NCBI RefSeq assembly: GCF_009914755.1
Contig: NC_060944.1
Source: the human T2T-CHM13v2.0 reference genome, Homo sapiens
Direction: 5' to 3' (one strand)
DNA length: 64,000 nucleotides
Of this stretch, positions 14,456 through 28,697 are shown in pieces. The first letter of the stretch is position 1; each line of letters opens with the position of its first letter. The translations under genes and the position numbers were made by a program. The notes under the pieces were generated by a model that worked only from the letters and a program-made list of their open reading frames with translations, ran no database searches and was not told the origin of the DNA.

Positions 14456-16529
14456 GATAACTGCAGGCATGCTTTTGTGATGAGCAGAAGAGGAGAGAGA
14501 AAGCAAAGACAGTGAGGAAAAGACCTGAGCCAGGAGAGGATGGGGTTCAAAGCCTGCGGAGAAGTGTGGAGTAGGTGCTGAGTCCTCTTGAGAGATTTCT
14601 GTCAGGGATGTGGTGAGGAAACAGACCCAGAGTGCCCCACCACAGCCTCCAGGAATGGGTTCTGGGTTCTCTCTGATCTGGTGGCTGCTCTGATGTCAGG
14701 GTATAAGGTGGCTCTGTGGGCATACAACAGCCCAGCAAGATCTCCAAGGGGCTCCTCCACAGCCCCACCCAGGGGATCTGGCCCATCAAGTGGCACACAT
14801 TAAGACTTTTAGTAAAGGGGAATCATGAGCCCCCACTGTCAGCCCCGGACTGTGGGAATTATGACTTTCCAACAGGAGGGGAATGAAGGCTGCTCCCAGC
14901 TTCTGGGCACTGCTAGGAGATCCTGGGAAAGAATAACCTGTGAGTCCAGCCCACACCCTGGGCCTTCACTGTCCCTCACCAGCCGGAGAAGCTCCGTGGC
15001 TGACACGGCGGATCGCTAATATCCCCTACTCACCCCAGGAGAGCTGGGCCCAGGCTTCACAGAAGAGAATGAGTTATTCACATAGGGAAATGACACCACC
15101 AGAGGTGCTGCCATCAGTGGGGTGCCTCTTGGGAACTTAGGCATTAAGCTAAAGACAGTGACAGGGTCAGCGCTAGTGGGGCAAGGACCAGTGAGGTGAA
15201 AAAGAACAGTTTCCTAAAGAATGTGCAGACATTTCAGGACTCTCGCCTCTAGGAAAACAGAGAGCTTCCACGTTTTGGGAAATTTTCATCAAAGAATATT
15301 TTCTTTCTATCTGGTAGTGCAATTACCCCGGGCTTGTCCCCCAAGCTGAGAGGGCCTGGCCTCGCAGTTTACAAAGACAATCGCCCTGGACACCAGATTC
15401 CGCAGTCCTGGGGGCTATAAGTAGCTTGTGCAGTGGCCTCCACTTCCTCATGTCAGTTTTCTCTGAGATTTTCCTGATCCTCTAGCTGACCACACCCACT
15501 CCAACCAAGCACACAGAGCTTCCAGAGAAGTCTGCCCTGTCTTCAGTTCCCAAGCTCAGGCATGTGCAAATGAGGCCCACTCCTAAGCAAATGGCTGTCC
15601 CACCCCATTCTGGGTCTTTCTTATGGGATTCACCCTCAGTGTCTAGTCTTAGTGGTAAAGGATAGAGTAGAGGCTCAAATTTCTAGCTGGGATTGTAAAA
15701 AACTGCCTACCTGCCTATCCACAAAAAGACACATTCAACATGTAAGAGGTGAGGACCAAGACTCTGTCTTCTCCAGAAACACTCTCAGACCTGCTAGTGA
15801 GAAGCCAGCTGGGACAGGCTGCACTGATCCCTCTCCCTGACACCTCAGTCCTATCAGCAATCCTCCGTCCCATCCTCAACCAAGGTACCACTTTTTTCCT
15901 GAATGGCAAATTCCATTTTAGAACCCTGGGAAGTCCTACATGTGTCTGCCTAGGACTCAAAGCTCAAATAGAATTGGAACTCAAGACCGGCTATAAATGG
16001 TCCAGGGTTTCCATTCCCTCTGCATTTGAACCCTTCTAGAGAACACCTTTAGAGAGAGCTGAAGCTAGGGACATAGTCATTATACTCTCACTGAATACCA
16101 ATTGCCGTCATCAGGAAAAGAGACAGAGAGACCGCTGTGCCCTGGCACTGAGACCAGAGAAGGGTAGTGAGCATGAATTATGTATTACACAAGCAATAGA
16201 GATAAGAGTGGAATGGGGGGAAATCATAACCCTATTAATAATGGAAGTGCAGTTTGTAAACTCTCCACCAGGAATAATTTGCATTGCAATATAAACAGGG
16301 AGTAGAACACAGAGCAGCTGGCAATGGCGTTTCAGTAAAATGTAAAAGCCACCATTTCGAACATTAAAAGTCATGATTAAATTATAAGAATTTGTTCAGC
16401 AGCGTGTACAAGGAGAGGGCACGCGCTCCGACTCCATCTGAGCACAGGGTCAGCCCTTCCTCCACATGTCTTCTAGGAGCATGAACCAAGGACTTGCTTG
16501 GGTCCTTGAGACCTTGCCAATTCCTATAT

Positions 16530-16780
16530 TATTATTACTAGTATTTGTTGTTGTTGAGTGCCTGCTATGTGCACCACTGTAAGCGTGTTGTGTGCAATAA
16601 CAGTTAATTTTTGAAGCAACACTATGAGGGAGGTCCTATAACATCTCCATTTTATAAATGAAAAAAACAGAGGCTAAATGGTTTGCCTTAGGCTGCAAAA
16701 TTGCTAAGCTGGAGGTGTTGCGGTGCAAACCCGGACAGTCTGAGCTCCCAGCCCACCCTCCTCAACACTATGCCCTGGTA
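16530..16780 (-). mobile_element. MIR
   Basis: ttgagtgcctgctatgtgc...ctccattttataaatgaaaaaaacagaggct. Confidence 0.75.
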
Positions 16781-17109
16781 TCTCTTCGGGAGCTGCTCAG
16801 GTGTCCCTTTAGGCACCTCTGAAACGGTGCTGGTGGGATGGAAAATTGGAACCAACCTTTTAAAAAATGACTTGGTAGTATATTAGGAACTTGATCAACC
16901 TGTGACCAAGTTGTTCTTCATTTCTAGGAGTCTCCTGAAAAGAACTTAAAAGCATTATGATCTCTGATAGCTACTGAGGTATAATAATTATTAGATATTG
17001 ATGTATAAAAGCTCTGGGTACAAACATGGGTTTTATTACCACATTATCATGTGAAAAAATTAGAAATAACCAAAATGTCTGATATTCATTGAATTGTTAA
17101 ACAATAATA

Positions 17110-17471
<362 letters not shown>

Positions 17472-19853
17472 TTACAATAACAAGAAATGTGCTTGTTAAG
17501 TTAAACAAGTACGATATAAAAGGATAGACTCTCTATGAGCTCCACTGAGTAAAACAATATATAGAGAACTGTGGGCATGTAGCTACAAGGTTACTAATGT
17601 TCCTCTGTGTGTCAAAAAGTATACATGTTTCCTTTTCTATTTTCTGCATTTTCCAAGCATATATTAATTACTTTTACAATCTTAAAAATTATATAGATAG
17701 ATATAGATATGTTGATACAGACATATTGATTGATTCATTCTGTTACTTAGTATATGTAAATTTGAAGGTGCCCTCACCATCTCAATTGTAAACAATTATA
17801 GACACCAAACAGAATGAGAACAGCCCTCTTTGTCCCCAGCTTGTCATCCCTGTCCTCAAAGTCCTGTAGGTCCCACTATCCAAGGAGTTCCCCTCACTCT
17901 CTATTGAGTGCCTCCCTCACTAAGCCATCGGCTCAGAACTGCCTGGAGCAGAAGACTGGGACTGGAACACTGTCCTCCACACAACATAAAGAGTGCCCCA
18001 TGTGTCACGCACTTTTCTCTATGGTTTCTATAAGCATCAGACATAGGGGAAAGCACCTCCATCTATGTCTGTGGATCTAGAACCCGACAACCCCATGCTT
18101 GCTCCCAGGAAAATCAGGCGAAGCTGGGAGTGCCTGCCCTCATGGTGAATTCGATAAGGCACTGGTCTATGAGACACTCCTGGCTCTATACTGACCACCT
18201 GGCTGTGTGATCTCAGGTAAGTCACCTGAGCTGCAGCTGACCCTTCCATAAAATGGGAATGTTTGACTTGAGCATGCGAAGGCTCTTTTCCTGCCATGAG
18301 AGTGTACACACATAAGGTCACATGAGTTTGAGACAAATCTAAATGGGAACTATTTCAAGGCTGTTGTCGAGCATTCCAGTGCATGGTAACATAAAGGCCC
18401 AGCTGCCTTGCCAGTTCAGAGGCTGGCAGCAGAGAAAGTGAGGGCAGTGGAGTTAGAACAAGGCGGCATGAACATGTGGCTGGAGTGAGCTTTGGGCAGG
18501 GTGGCCGGGCTCCTGGCCTCCCTTATTGGCCAGAGTGTTGTCATCTGGAATACAGGCAGATGGACTTTGTCACAAACAGATGATATCCCATCCAATGACC
18601 TGTAAGAGTCTTAATGCTGAACACCCTGGCAATGGGCAGACCATGGCTCCTCCTGGAGGATGATGGAAGCAGGGAAGATAACTGGATTCTCCAAGATGGG
18701 AGTAGCATTCAAGAAGTGGGATGTCACAAGACTGGGGACCTAGAAGCCCCAAAACTGCCAGGAGGCTGAGAGGCTCTGAGCCCAGGTTGGGAAGGGAGCA
18801 GACAGCAAACTATACTCCCCAGTGTTCTCAGCACATTATTGACATTCCAGAGAGGAGAGGCAGAGAATTAATTTCATGATGACTTCCTCCCCCAATACCC
18901 ATCCCTCTCCCCTGCCCACACAATCCCCAGCTAAGTCCAAATGAGGGCCTGAGACTTGCAGGAAGACAAATGATCCCAATTTAAAAAATGCTCCAGAGGC
19001 CTCCATATTCCATTCCTTCATTTGTTCCTCCCCAGTGTCCCACAAGAGGCTGCAGATCCTAATCCTGGGCACAGTGGCAGTGGCATGCAGTTGGTGCTCA
19101 GTAAATGCCTGTTGGCTCTGAACCAAATATCTTCAAACTGCCCTGTGAGACATCACTTTCCCAGAGGGGAGGACGAGCATTTAGCATTAACTTGGTTCTT
19201 ATTCTGCAAAGCGATCCCAGTTTCCACTGCCTCTGCCTGTGAAAGTCTCCCTACTGCCAGTGTCCCAGGGGCTCACAGTGGCAGGAGGCCTGGGGGCTTT
19301 CTCACAGCTGCCTTTAACATTTCCTTCTGGTTATGCCCCGCTGCTCTGGTGACTGATGCTATTTGTCAGTCACCACCCAGGGGAGTCATGGAGAAAGATT
19401 GCCCAGGTGCCTGTCACAATCCAGATACAGCCATAGGTGCTGACACCTTGTCACTGTGTCACCCCGACCTGGTCTTATTGGCCTTTACATGTTGCTTCCC
19501 AAAGAGACATCAGGAGATGTCAGAGGCTAAGTGGGGGCGGGGTGGTCCCTGGATCCCAGACTCACCTCCCTATATCTGCAGCAGAAAGGTAGTCACAGAA
19601 ATGCAGGAAGGAAAGAACACAGCCTTTGTGGAGCCTGGAAAATTCTGGGCTCTTGGGGCAATGAGGGAAACTGAGGAAGGAGAAAATGTCAGGAAGCAGG
19701 GTCTGCCCAAGATGGGGCACAGAATCACACAGAATTCGCCTTTCAAGATCTGATTATAAGAAAATAATCAAGCACAGGGACTACGACTTATGTCCAAAGA
19801 TGGGCATTTTACTGCCATGCCTAAGAGTAGGAAAATTAGAAATGCCTCTGCTT

Positions 19854-20205
<352 letters not shown>

Positions 20206-20774
20206 CTAAGCCTCAGTTGCATCAGCTGCGAAATGGGAAAAACAGTAATACTTTATGAATTTGCTGCAAAGATTAAATGAGATAATGCACAGAAAGTGCT
20301 TTGCATAGTACTTGCCATAGAGTAAATTTTCAATTTTAGTAAATAGCATTTAGTAAATAGCCAGTAGCAAGTAGCCGTTACTAAAATTGCATCCAAAAAT
20401 AATTTATCAGTTACACAAATGGTGACATGCCAAAAAATAGTGTGAAATACTAAGCAATTGAAAGCAGGTTTCCTTCCAAAGAGATTTACAGTGAAGGGGA
20501 CCAAGCTTATGGTATAATTTATAATAATATGTATCTATGTTTTTCCTATAAAATGTGCATATTTATAGTGAGGAGTGAACTTAATTTTTTATTGGAACTT
20601 TATTGGAACTTTTTTTTAATCTATGTCCAAATTTCACTAGTGGGGACAGGAAATTCTTGGCTGAATATAGGAGGGGTCCAGGAAGCCAGATGGAATTAAG
20701 GAGGCTGTTTCCCCTAAGCAGATGAAATCCTGCTCTGAAAAATATTTCCTGGTTATCCCACACTGATTTAGTCT

Positions 20775-20948
20775 GTTCATGTGCATGTGTATGTAGGTGG
20801 TTGTGATTGTGTGTTTGTGTGTATGTTGTGTGGATGTGTGCATTTGTGAGTTTCTGTGTGGTTGGGTATATATGCATGTGTGTTTGTATGTGTGTCTGTT
20901 TGTGTACGTGTGTGTGTCTGTGTTCATGTGTGTGTTTGCGTATGTGTC
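20775..20948. repeat. Degenerate (TG)n/(TATG)n tract
   Basis: Direct inspection. Confidence 0.85.
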
Positions 20949-21109
20949 CCTTGCTGCATATGCATTCCCTAGAGCAGTGTTTCCAGATTGTTCAAAATGC
21001 AGATTCTAAACATAGACACCTGACCAGAGCAGGGAGTATCCTGAACTCTGAATATGTGTCAGTTTTTTAGGGATTCATATGCACAGCATATGAAGAGTTT
21101 GGTAACTCT

Positions 21110-21215
21110 AAAGACAGGTATCTTACCCTGTTCACTTCAAATCACCAGTGCCTGGCATAGGACCTAGTATATAAGAGGTCCAACAAATGGTTATTGAATG
21201 AATGAATCAGTCAAC
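21110..21215 (+). mobile_element. L2 3' end
   Basis: cagtgcctggcatagg...caacaaatggttattgaatgaatgaa. Confidence 0.65.
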
Positions 21216-22476
21216 CAATCAATCAGTTAACCAATTCATATCTTCCCAACTTTGAGGAAAATACACATATCCTGAACTGTACTAGAATGTGAGTTCCCTA
21301 AGGATGGGAACCATGAACATAGATTTTCAATAAACTTGGTGAATTAATTAGTTTTCCCTAATATCGATGTAAAGGAAGGCTCTTCTTTTCCTAGAAAGAC
21401 TGTCTTTCTTAACAGAGCTCATGGTCACAGGGGAAACACAGAGGAGCAGAAAAGACTCTTAACAGTGTCCACTCATGCCAGCACATGGTCTGTCTGTAGG
21501 AGTATGGGTACAAATGAAAAGTGGTGACAAATATTACTCTTACAGCAAAAGACTGAATAAGAACAAAACTAGAAATTGTAGCTGCAGCCACCTCTCAAAT
21601 CTATATGATTTTTCAGAGCTATCAAGTTTCTTTATCCCATTTGATCCAAGACAATGGAGTGAGTCCCACTTTGACAGATAAAAAGATAAAGTGACTCAAC
21701 CAAGTTTCTTCAGCTCCTCAGGGGTATCACCAGGCCAAGAATCCTGGTTGTCAAGTCGAGCTTCATTTTCAGGATTCTTTGTTAGTATAATGATGAAGAC
21801 TGTAATTTTCCTTTGTTTCGCCTCCTCAGCTCAACTATAAGCAGATCCCGACTTCAGGAAGCATCCAGCTAAATGAGTTGGATGTGTCCCTCCAAAGGTT
21901 TAAGCAATGAATTATTATTTCACAGGTGCCTCTGATTCACCAGCTCTGAATAGCTGGACTGGTTTGGCTTGTTTACACGCAAATGCAAAAGCCATTAGGG
22001 AGCCCCAGTTCCAACACTGCAGATTTTGTTCTAAGTACCAACATCCCAAAATGCTCTCCATTACTTATCTGGAATTTCAAAATCATGCAACAAATGTAAG
22101 TTACAGACAAGATTTTTTAAAAAATAATAACAGCAATGCCAGAGAGGAAAACAGAAAAAAAGAAAGACAATATTTTTCAAATATTTTCCCAACTGTCATT
22201 TTAATAATGGCCTATCAACAAAGTATGCTAATTTCCCTCCACAGATACCTGCGAATGCAAATGCAAAACAAATAATAATTAATGTCTCTGTGTGAAAATC
22301 AAGCAATTTCTATTAATTCTGCATCAGACATGAGATTATGCACATTCAAAATCATGATCTGTTTTCAACAGCAACAGTGACAATTGTAAAGAAGAAATGG
22401 TGAGGGGAGGCTCTGGAGTTAACAGAATCCACATAGCCATCCTTGATATGACCTCTCCCAGCTTCCCAACAAAATA

Positions 22477-22783
22477 CAGTCAGCTCTTCATATCCACAGA
22501 TGCAACCAACCACAGACGAAAAATATTCAAAAGGAAAAAATAAAAACAACAATAAAAAATAAAACACATTTAAAAGTACAGTATAACAACTATTATATTT
22601 ACATAATACCTTACATTAGGTATTATAAGTAATCTACAGATGATTTAAAGTATATTAGGGGATGGGCTTATGTTATATGCAAATACTAATATGCCATTTT
22701 ATGTAAGGGACTTCAATATCCACAGATTTTGGTATCTGTGGGGTTCCTGAAACCAATTCCCCACAGATACCAAGGGACAACTA
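22477..22783 (-). mobile_element. MER2-family TcMar-Tigger MITE
   Basis: cagtcagctc...gggacaacta termini with TA TSD on both sides; aggtattataagtaatct core. Confidence 0.85.
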
Positions 22784-23071
22784 TATATACGAACACTCTT
22801 GGAACTAAGAAGAGTAATCAACCAAGTGTCAAATTATAAGCAAAAGTTTTACTAGCTATAGCATAAAAGGAAACTGATAAAAAATAATATTCTTGATGGT
22901 GAGTACTGACATCTGAACCAGAGTATCAAGGCTGGAAGGCACTGTTGAGCCCTAGCTCACAAGCAGAGACTCCAGATCTTTGCTGATTAAAAAAGCAGAC
23001 ACCCTCCTCTCTGGTATGCTCCAAGAGCTTCCTAAACCCATCCTCCCTGAAACTACCAAGAATGGTCTTCT

Positions 23072-23251
23072 TTTTTTTTTTCTTTATTTCAAAAAAAAAA
23101 AAAAAATTGGATACCTATTGACCCGTCCTCTAAGTTCCCTCCCCTCACCCCTCACCCTCCATGCCCCAACAGGCCCTGGTGTGTGTTGTTTCCTTCTGTG
23201 TCCATGGAAAACCAAACACTGCATGTTCTCACTCATAAGTGGGAGATGAAC
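23072..23251 (-). mobile_element. Tiny 5'-inverted L1PA (L1PA8A-like) insertion
   Basis: Antisense 3'UTR at 23072-23206 fused to sense upstream L1 piece at 23207-23251; TSD a(a/g)gaatggt(c/t)ttct. Confidence 0.8.
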
Positions 23252-23566
23252 AGGAATGGTTTTCTACTTCAGTTTATAGACTATCATCTGACTGCAATGT
23301 CACATGGAGGGAAGTGGAAGAGATCCAAGATGGGATATGATGCTGGCATTAGGCAAAGTCATAAAAGGAGGCCTGGAAGCTATGCTTCTTAGAGGTTGTG
23401 AGGTTTCAGATATTATTTCTACCAAAGGGTAGAGAGAAGACTATCTCAGAATGTCCAGAAATAAATGATCTGTTTCACACTCAAAGAATCAGGGAACAAA
23501 AGATCTCACAACAGTCCAGCAAAGTACATTGTAGTCAATGCATGAAGGAAAATAGAAACCCATCCA

Positions 23567-23776
23567 CAGCTATGCTGTCCAACATAACAGGCACTACTTA
23601 TATGTGGCTATTTAAATTTAAATTAATTAAAATTAAATACAATTAAAGATTCAATTCCTAAGTTCATAATCACATTTCCAGGACTCAGTAGCCACATGTA
23701 GCTAGTGGCTAGCATATTGGACAACATAGATAGGGAATGTTTCCATTGTCATAGAAACTTCTATTGGATAGCTCTG
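23567..23776. mobile_element. MER3 hAT-Charlie MITE
   Basis: gctgtccaacata...tggctatttaaatttaaattaattaaaatt...ttctattggatagctctg. Confidence 0.85.
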
Positions 23777-23909
23777 ATCTAGAGCCTGAAAAGCCTGAAA
23801 ACATAAACTCCAAGTGACAGATATCTTTCACTTATTCATCCTCCCCTACTCTATCCCATGCTCCCAGAAGGCAGACCTCTATGGCATATGGTAAAGGACT
23901 TCTTGTTCT

Positions 23910-24351
23910 TTTTTTTTTTCCAACTAACTTTTATTTTAAGTTCAGGGGGTACATGTGCGGGTTTGTTACATGAGTAAATTGCATGTTGTGGGGGTTTGGC
24001 ATACAGATAATTTTGTCATCTAGGTAATGAGCATGATACTCAATAGGTAGTTTTTCAGTCCTCTCCCCTCTCACCCTCCACCTTCAAGTAGGCCCCAGGG
24101 TCTACTGTTCCCTTCTTTGTGTCCATGTGTACTCAATGTTTAGCTCCCACTTATAAGTGAGAACATGCAGCCAATACTGTATATTTGGTATTCTGTTCCT
24201 GCATTAATTTGCCTAGGATAACGGCCTCTAGCTGCATCCATGTTGCTGCAAAAGGCATGATTTTGTTCCTTTTTATGGCAGTATAGTATTCCATGGTGTA
24301 TGTGTACCACATTTTCTTTATCCAAAACACCACTGAAGCACACCTAGGCTG
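23910..24351 (-). mobile_element. L1PA15/16-like 3' end
   Basis: aacttttattttaagttcagggggtacatgtgc...; 16-bp TSD aagga(c/a)ttcttgttct at 23894-23909 and 24352-24367. Confidence 0.9.
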
Positions 24352-24580
24352 AAGGAATTCTTGTTCTTTGGTCTCTGGTTGACTTCAGCGATAGGAGGGC
24401 ACTAGAATGACACTATAGGACCAGAGAGTGAAGTGAGGCCTTTGTTGCTTTGGTTTCTGACTTCCTCCCTACTGGTCATTGTGATTTAGATGTCCCTCTG
24501 TTAAAAGCTGTCACTCTTGGCAGGCAGCTTTCCATATAACTATTCTCTGGGCTCTGGTAACATTTCCCTCCTCCTCTTGA

Positions 24581-24976
<396 letters not shown>

Positions 24977-25229
24977 TAGAGCTCCTAAACTCCTCCCACA
25001 CCCTGGGAAATGATCCCTTAATAAATCTTTTGTCAACTACCTACTATGAGGATGTTATGTTTCCCCTGAGTGAGTACCCTGATGGGTCAGATTCTGCTCT
25101 AACTTAAGTCTGAGGAAATGACTTTATCAAAATCTACAGAGACCGCAGAATCTATAGTCCCCTGGGGCAGACCATGGATTTAGAAATATGTCTTTCCATT
25201 TAACAATGATTAAACAAAGGAAAATAGCA

Positions 25230-25437
25230 CAGGAGTTAGCAAATGTTTTTCACGAAAGCCCAGAGAGTAATATTTTGGGTTTTGGAAGCTATACAGTCTC
25301 TGTTGTAATTACACTGCAGTGTAAAAGCATGTAGCCATAGACAATATATAAATGAATGAGTGGGTCTGTGTTCTAATAATTTCATTTACAAAGACAAGGA
25401 ATAGGTTGGATTTGGTCCATGGACTGTACTTTGCCTA
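25230..25437. mobile_element. MER58A hAT-Charlie MITE
   Basis: caggagttagcaaa...gccatagacaatatataaatgaatgag...ggatttggtccatggactgta. Confidence 0.85.
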
Positions 25438-25489
25438 AAGATGCCAAAAAATGCATGCCTCTGAATTTATTTACTATAAAAAGAAGAAA

Positions 25490-25556
25490 ATATATATATA
25501 TATATATATGTACGTGAGTGTGTGAGTATGTGTGTGTGTGTGCACGTGTGTGTGTA
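25490..25556. repeat. (TA)n-(TG)n compound microsatellite
   Basis: Direct inspection. Confidence 0.9.
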
Positions 25557-25599
25557 GTTCTCTATAAACTGCAAGAATGTATGGCTTCTAGGAAGAGAA

Positions 25600-26300
25600 G
25601 GAGATAAAAAATGAAACAAAATGCAAAAGCAAAATGCAGGCTAAGGTGAAGAAAAGTCTTGCTGAGATATCAAAGAAGGCAGAGAAACAATTAATACACT
25701 CTTAGAATTATAGTTTACATTAGAAGCAATAAAGAGCAGAACTTATACTGCAGAAAACTAAGTTTCAGAGAAATAATAAATTTGAAACATATCTTTTAGA
25801 ATCTGGAGTTGAAAATAATGAGCAAACAGATGGCATATATGAAGAATAGAGAAAAGTGATCCAATTTACAAAAAGAAAATAGTGTTCCTTTAAAAAGTCT
25901 CTAAAAAAGTAATGACACTGAAACACCAATCAAATCTATATTAGAACATTCTTGAACTGAAAATAAAAGATCTAAAATTGCAAAACAAAATGGTATACTC
26001 TGCACAAATCATAATTGATTTAAAAAAAAAAAGAAACCCACAGCTTGATAGCAAGGAAAAAATAACTTATAAGTATCCCAGGCAGAAAACAAAGCAAAGC
26101 AAAAATAATAAAAACCACATTGTTTGCAAAAGATTAAAAAGAAAAAAAATCAGATTGGGTTGACCTCAGAACTCTCCTTGATGAAAAATTAAAAATAAAC
26201 ATAATGGCTCACAATGTGGAAATGGTTAGGTGTACTTACAGTACAACCAGATGTTAGAATATTATGCAACTATCAAAAACAATATAGTATTAAGACAAAT
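25600..26300 (+). mobile_element. Ancient L1/HAL1 ORF1-region remnant
   Basis: A-rich degenerate ORF1-like sequence (aaatcagattgggttgacctcagaactctcc). Confidence 0.45.
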
Positions 26301-27819
26301 ATAATAACAAATATAGTATTAAAAGAAAAACAATATAAGTATCTTCCAATCTCATTAAAAGATTGGAAAATACTTAGGATAAAATATTTAGAAAGAAAGT
26401 TAGACACAAGAACATATATAATATGCATGTATGTGTACTAACACATCTACTGTATTTCTTTCTAGCCTTTTGTCTACCTGTATATGCAAGTAGAAAAATA
26501 CTGAGTATTATTTGCACATCCTGCACCACTCAATAGTTTAATTCTCCCAATATATCTATGAAATAGTAACAATATATCCCACAGCACACTTAAGAACACT
26601 GAGGGTTGGAGAGGTCACGAACTTGTCCAGATCATCCATAGTTGGTGGCATAACCAAGATTCCAATCAAAATCTAAAATGAATATGTTTCCCTTATGCTA
26701 GCTTAATGAGGGTGGTGGCTGCGCTCTGTGGGAGGGGAGGAGATAGGAAGGATGAATCTGGGTCCTGAGAGAGGATAAGGCCCTGGGTCTTGGTGCTATC
26801 AGCAGTAGTTAGGCTGGACAGATGGGACCAGTTTTCCTTTACCCAGCATAGCTCTGAGATGTCCCTTCAGAATGTCAGCAGTGACCCATCTCCCTCTGGC
26901 CATGATCTCACCTCTGGGGAGCCTGGAAGAACCAACAGAATTCAACAGAAACCCCAGGGCTGGCTAACTTGAAGGATGACTGATGTTTTACCAATTTATC
27001 AAAATATGAATTTAATGTTGTAATCTCCTTACATCACTATGATAATTCTCTGTTTATAGTTAGAAAAACCTTAGGAGGAATACTACTATCTCCTCTTCCA
27101 GAAGAACAGATCAGGAGCAAAGCTACAAAGATTGTACACAGTTCTGAAATATTTACTTCTTCTGAAGGAACATTTTATAAAGTCAAATTTCTGTGCTGGG
27201 CTTGCTGATGGACTTAAGTCTTTGGGCAGTTTTACAGACAAAGCAGCCAAAACGAAAAAAGAAAAAAAAGTAAAAGAAAAGATAAAAAGAGGATACCTTT
27301 CTCCAAAAGGTGGTCAGTAGAGAAGGGTGTATTTGTTCAGGACTTTCAAGTTCTTTATGAAGTGAGAGACTTTGCTCATTTGTTAATTGATGCATTCATT
27401 CACCCGAAACATCTTTATGAAGCATGAGCCGCAGAGTTGGACTCACAGAATAAGAAGAAGTATCAAAACATTGCTCCTGTTTCCAGGAACCCACAGTCTG
27501 GAAAGGCATGGGTGGGGGTGTTTAAAAAGGAAAGAGAGTCACATAACCCATTGTGTGGTTTAGAAAGCCCATTCTGTGAAATAAGCAAGTGGTAGAACCA
27601 ACATATATTGCAAAACCATTTATTTGAATACAAACAAAACACATCCAAAGTAATGCTATATAAATATGTAAACATATAAAGACATCAACTAAATATGTTA
27701 TCACATTTATGATTCTGGTTGCCTTTGGGGAAGGAAAAAGAATTAGAAGAATTAGAATGCAGGTGACTTCCCGTTTATCTTTAAAAATGTCTTTCTTAAA
27801 AAGAAGGTTCAAAATAAAC

Positions 27820-28080
27820 ACAACACAAAAAAAACACACATTGTATGACTGTATTTTTGTAAAGTTCACAAATAGGCAAACTAATCTATGCTATTGGACT
27901 CAGGATAGTGGTTACCTGTGATCAGGTAGGGTGGGGGAATAACAAGAAATGGGCAAAAGGAGAGGCGGGTAATGTTCCTTTTCTTTTTGTGGTACAGTTA
28001 TATGACTGTTCACTTTGTGAACATTCAACAGATGTACATTAAGATATATGTACTTTTCCATATGGGTGTTATTTCAATAA
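27820..28080 (+). mobile_element. L1ME/MC 3' end
   Basis: ggcaaactaatctatg...tcaggatagtggttacc...ttcaataaa. Confidence 0.7.
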
Positions 28081-28120
28081 AGATAGATTAGATAGATAGA
28101 TAGATAGATAGACGATAGAT

Positions 28121-28159
<39 letters not shown>

Positions 28160-28170
28160 GATAGATAGAT
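28081..28170. repeat. Compound (AGAT)n tetranucleotide STR
   Basis: (AGAT)5 at 28090-28109 and (AGAT)9 at 28124-28159, with GAT/AGAC interruptions. Confidence 0.95.
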
Positions 28171-28403
28171 AATAGAAAGAATAGAGGAAAAGCATCTGTT
28201 GATTTGGAGTAGCAAATATATGGATATTAGCTATAATATCTCTGCACTTTTCTATATTTTTAAATGTTTTTTCCTAATTATGTAAATAATAAAAACATAG
28301 AAAAGACAACTCTAGCTGCCCTATAGAGAAGTTAGAGAGTGGAGTAGGCAGACCAGCTAGGAAGTTATTGCAGGAGCTCAAGTTAGAAAAGATGGGACTG
28401 GAG

Positions 28404-28697
28404 GGCCAGGTACGGTGGCTCACACCTGTAATCCCAGCACTTTGGGAGGCCAAGGTGGGCAGATCACGAGGTCAGGAGATCGAGACCATCCTGGCTAATA
28501 CGGTGAAACCCCATCTCTACTAAAAATACAAAAATTAGCTGGCTGTGGTGGCGGGCGCCTGTAATCCCAACTACTCAGGAGGCTGAGGGAGGAGGATCGC
28601 TTGAACCCAGGAGGCGGAGGTTGCAAGTGAGCCGAGATTGCGCCATTGCACTCCAGCCTGGCAACAGAGCAAGACTCCATCTCAAAAAAAAAAAAAG
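28404..28697 (+). mobile_element. AluSc-like
   Basis: gatcacgaggtcaggagatcgagaccatcctgg; cctggcaacag single-G deletion. Confidence 0.95.

Noticed and set aside
19022-19753. Longest ORF (243 aa)
   Set aside because: TTG start, no recognisable domain, overlaps MIR-like sequence; consistent with a chance frame
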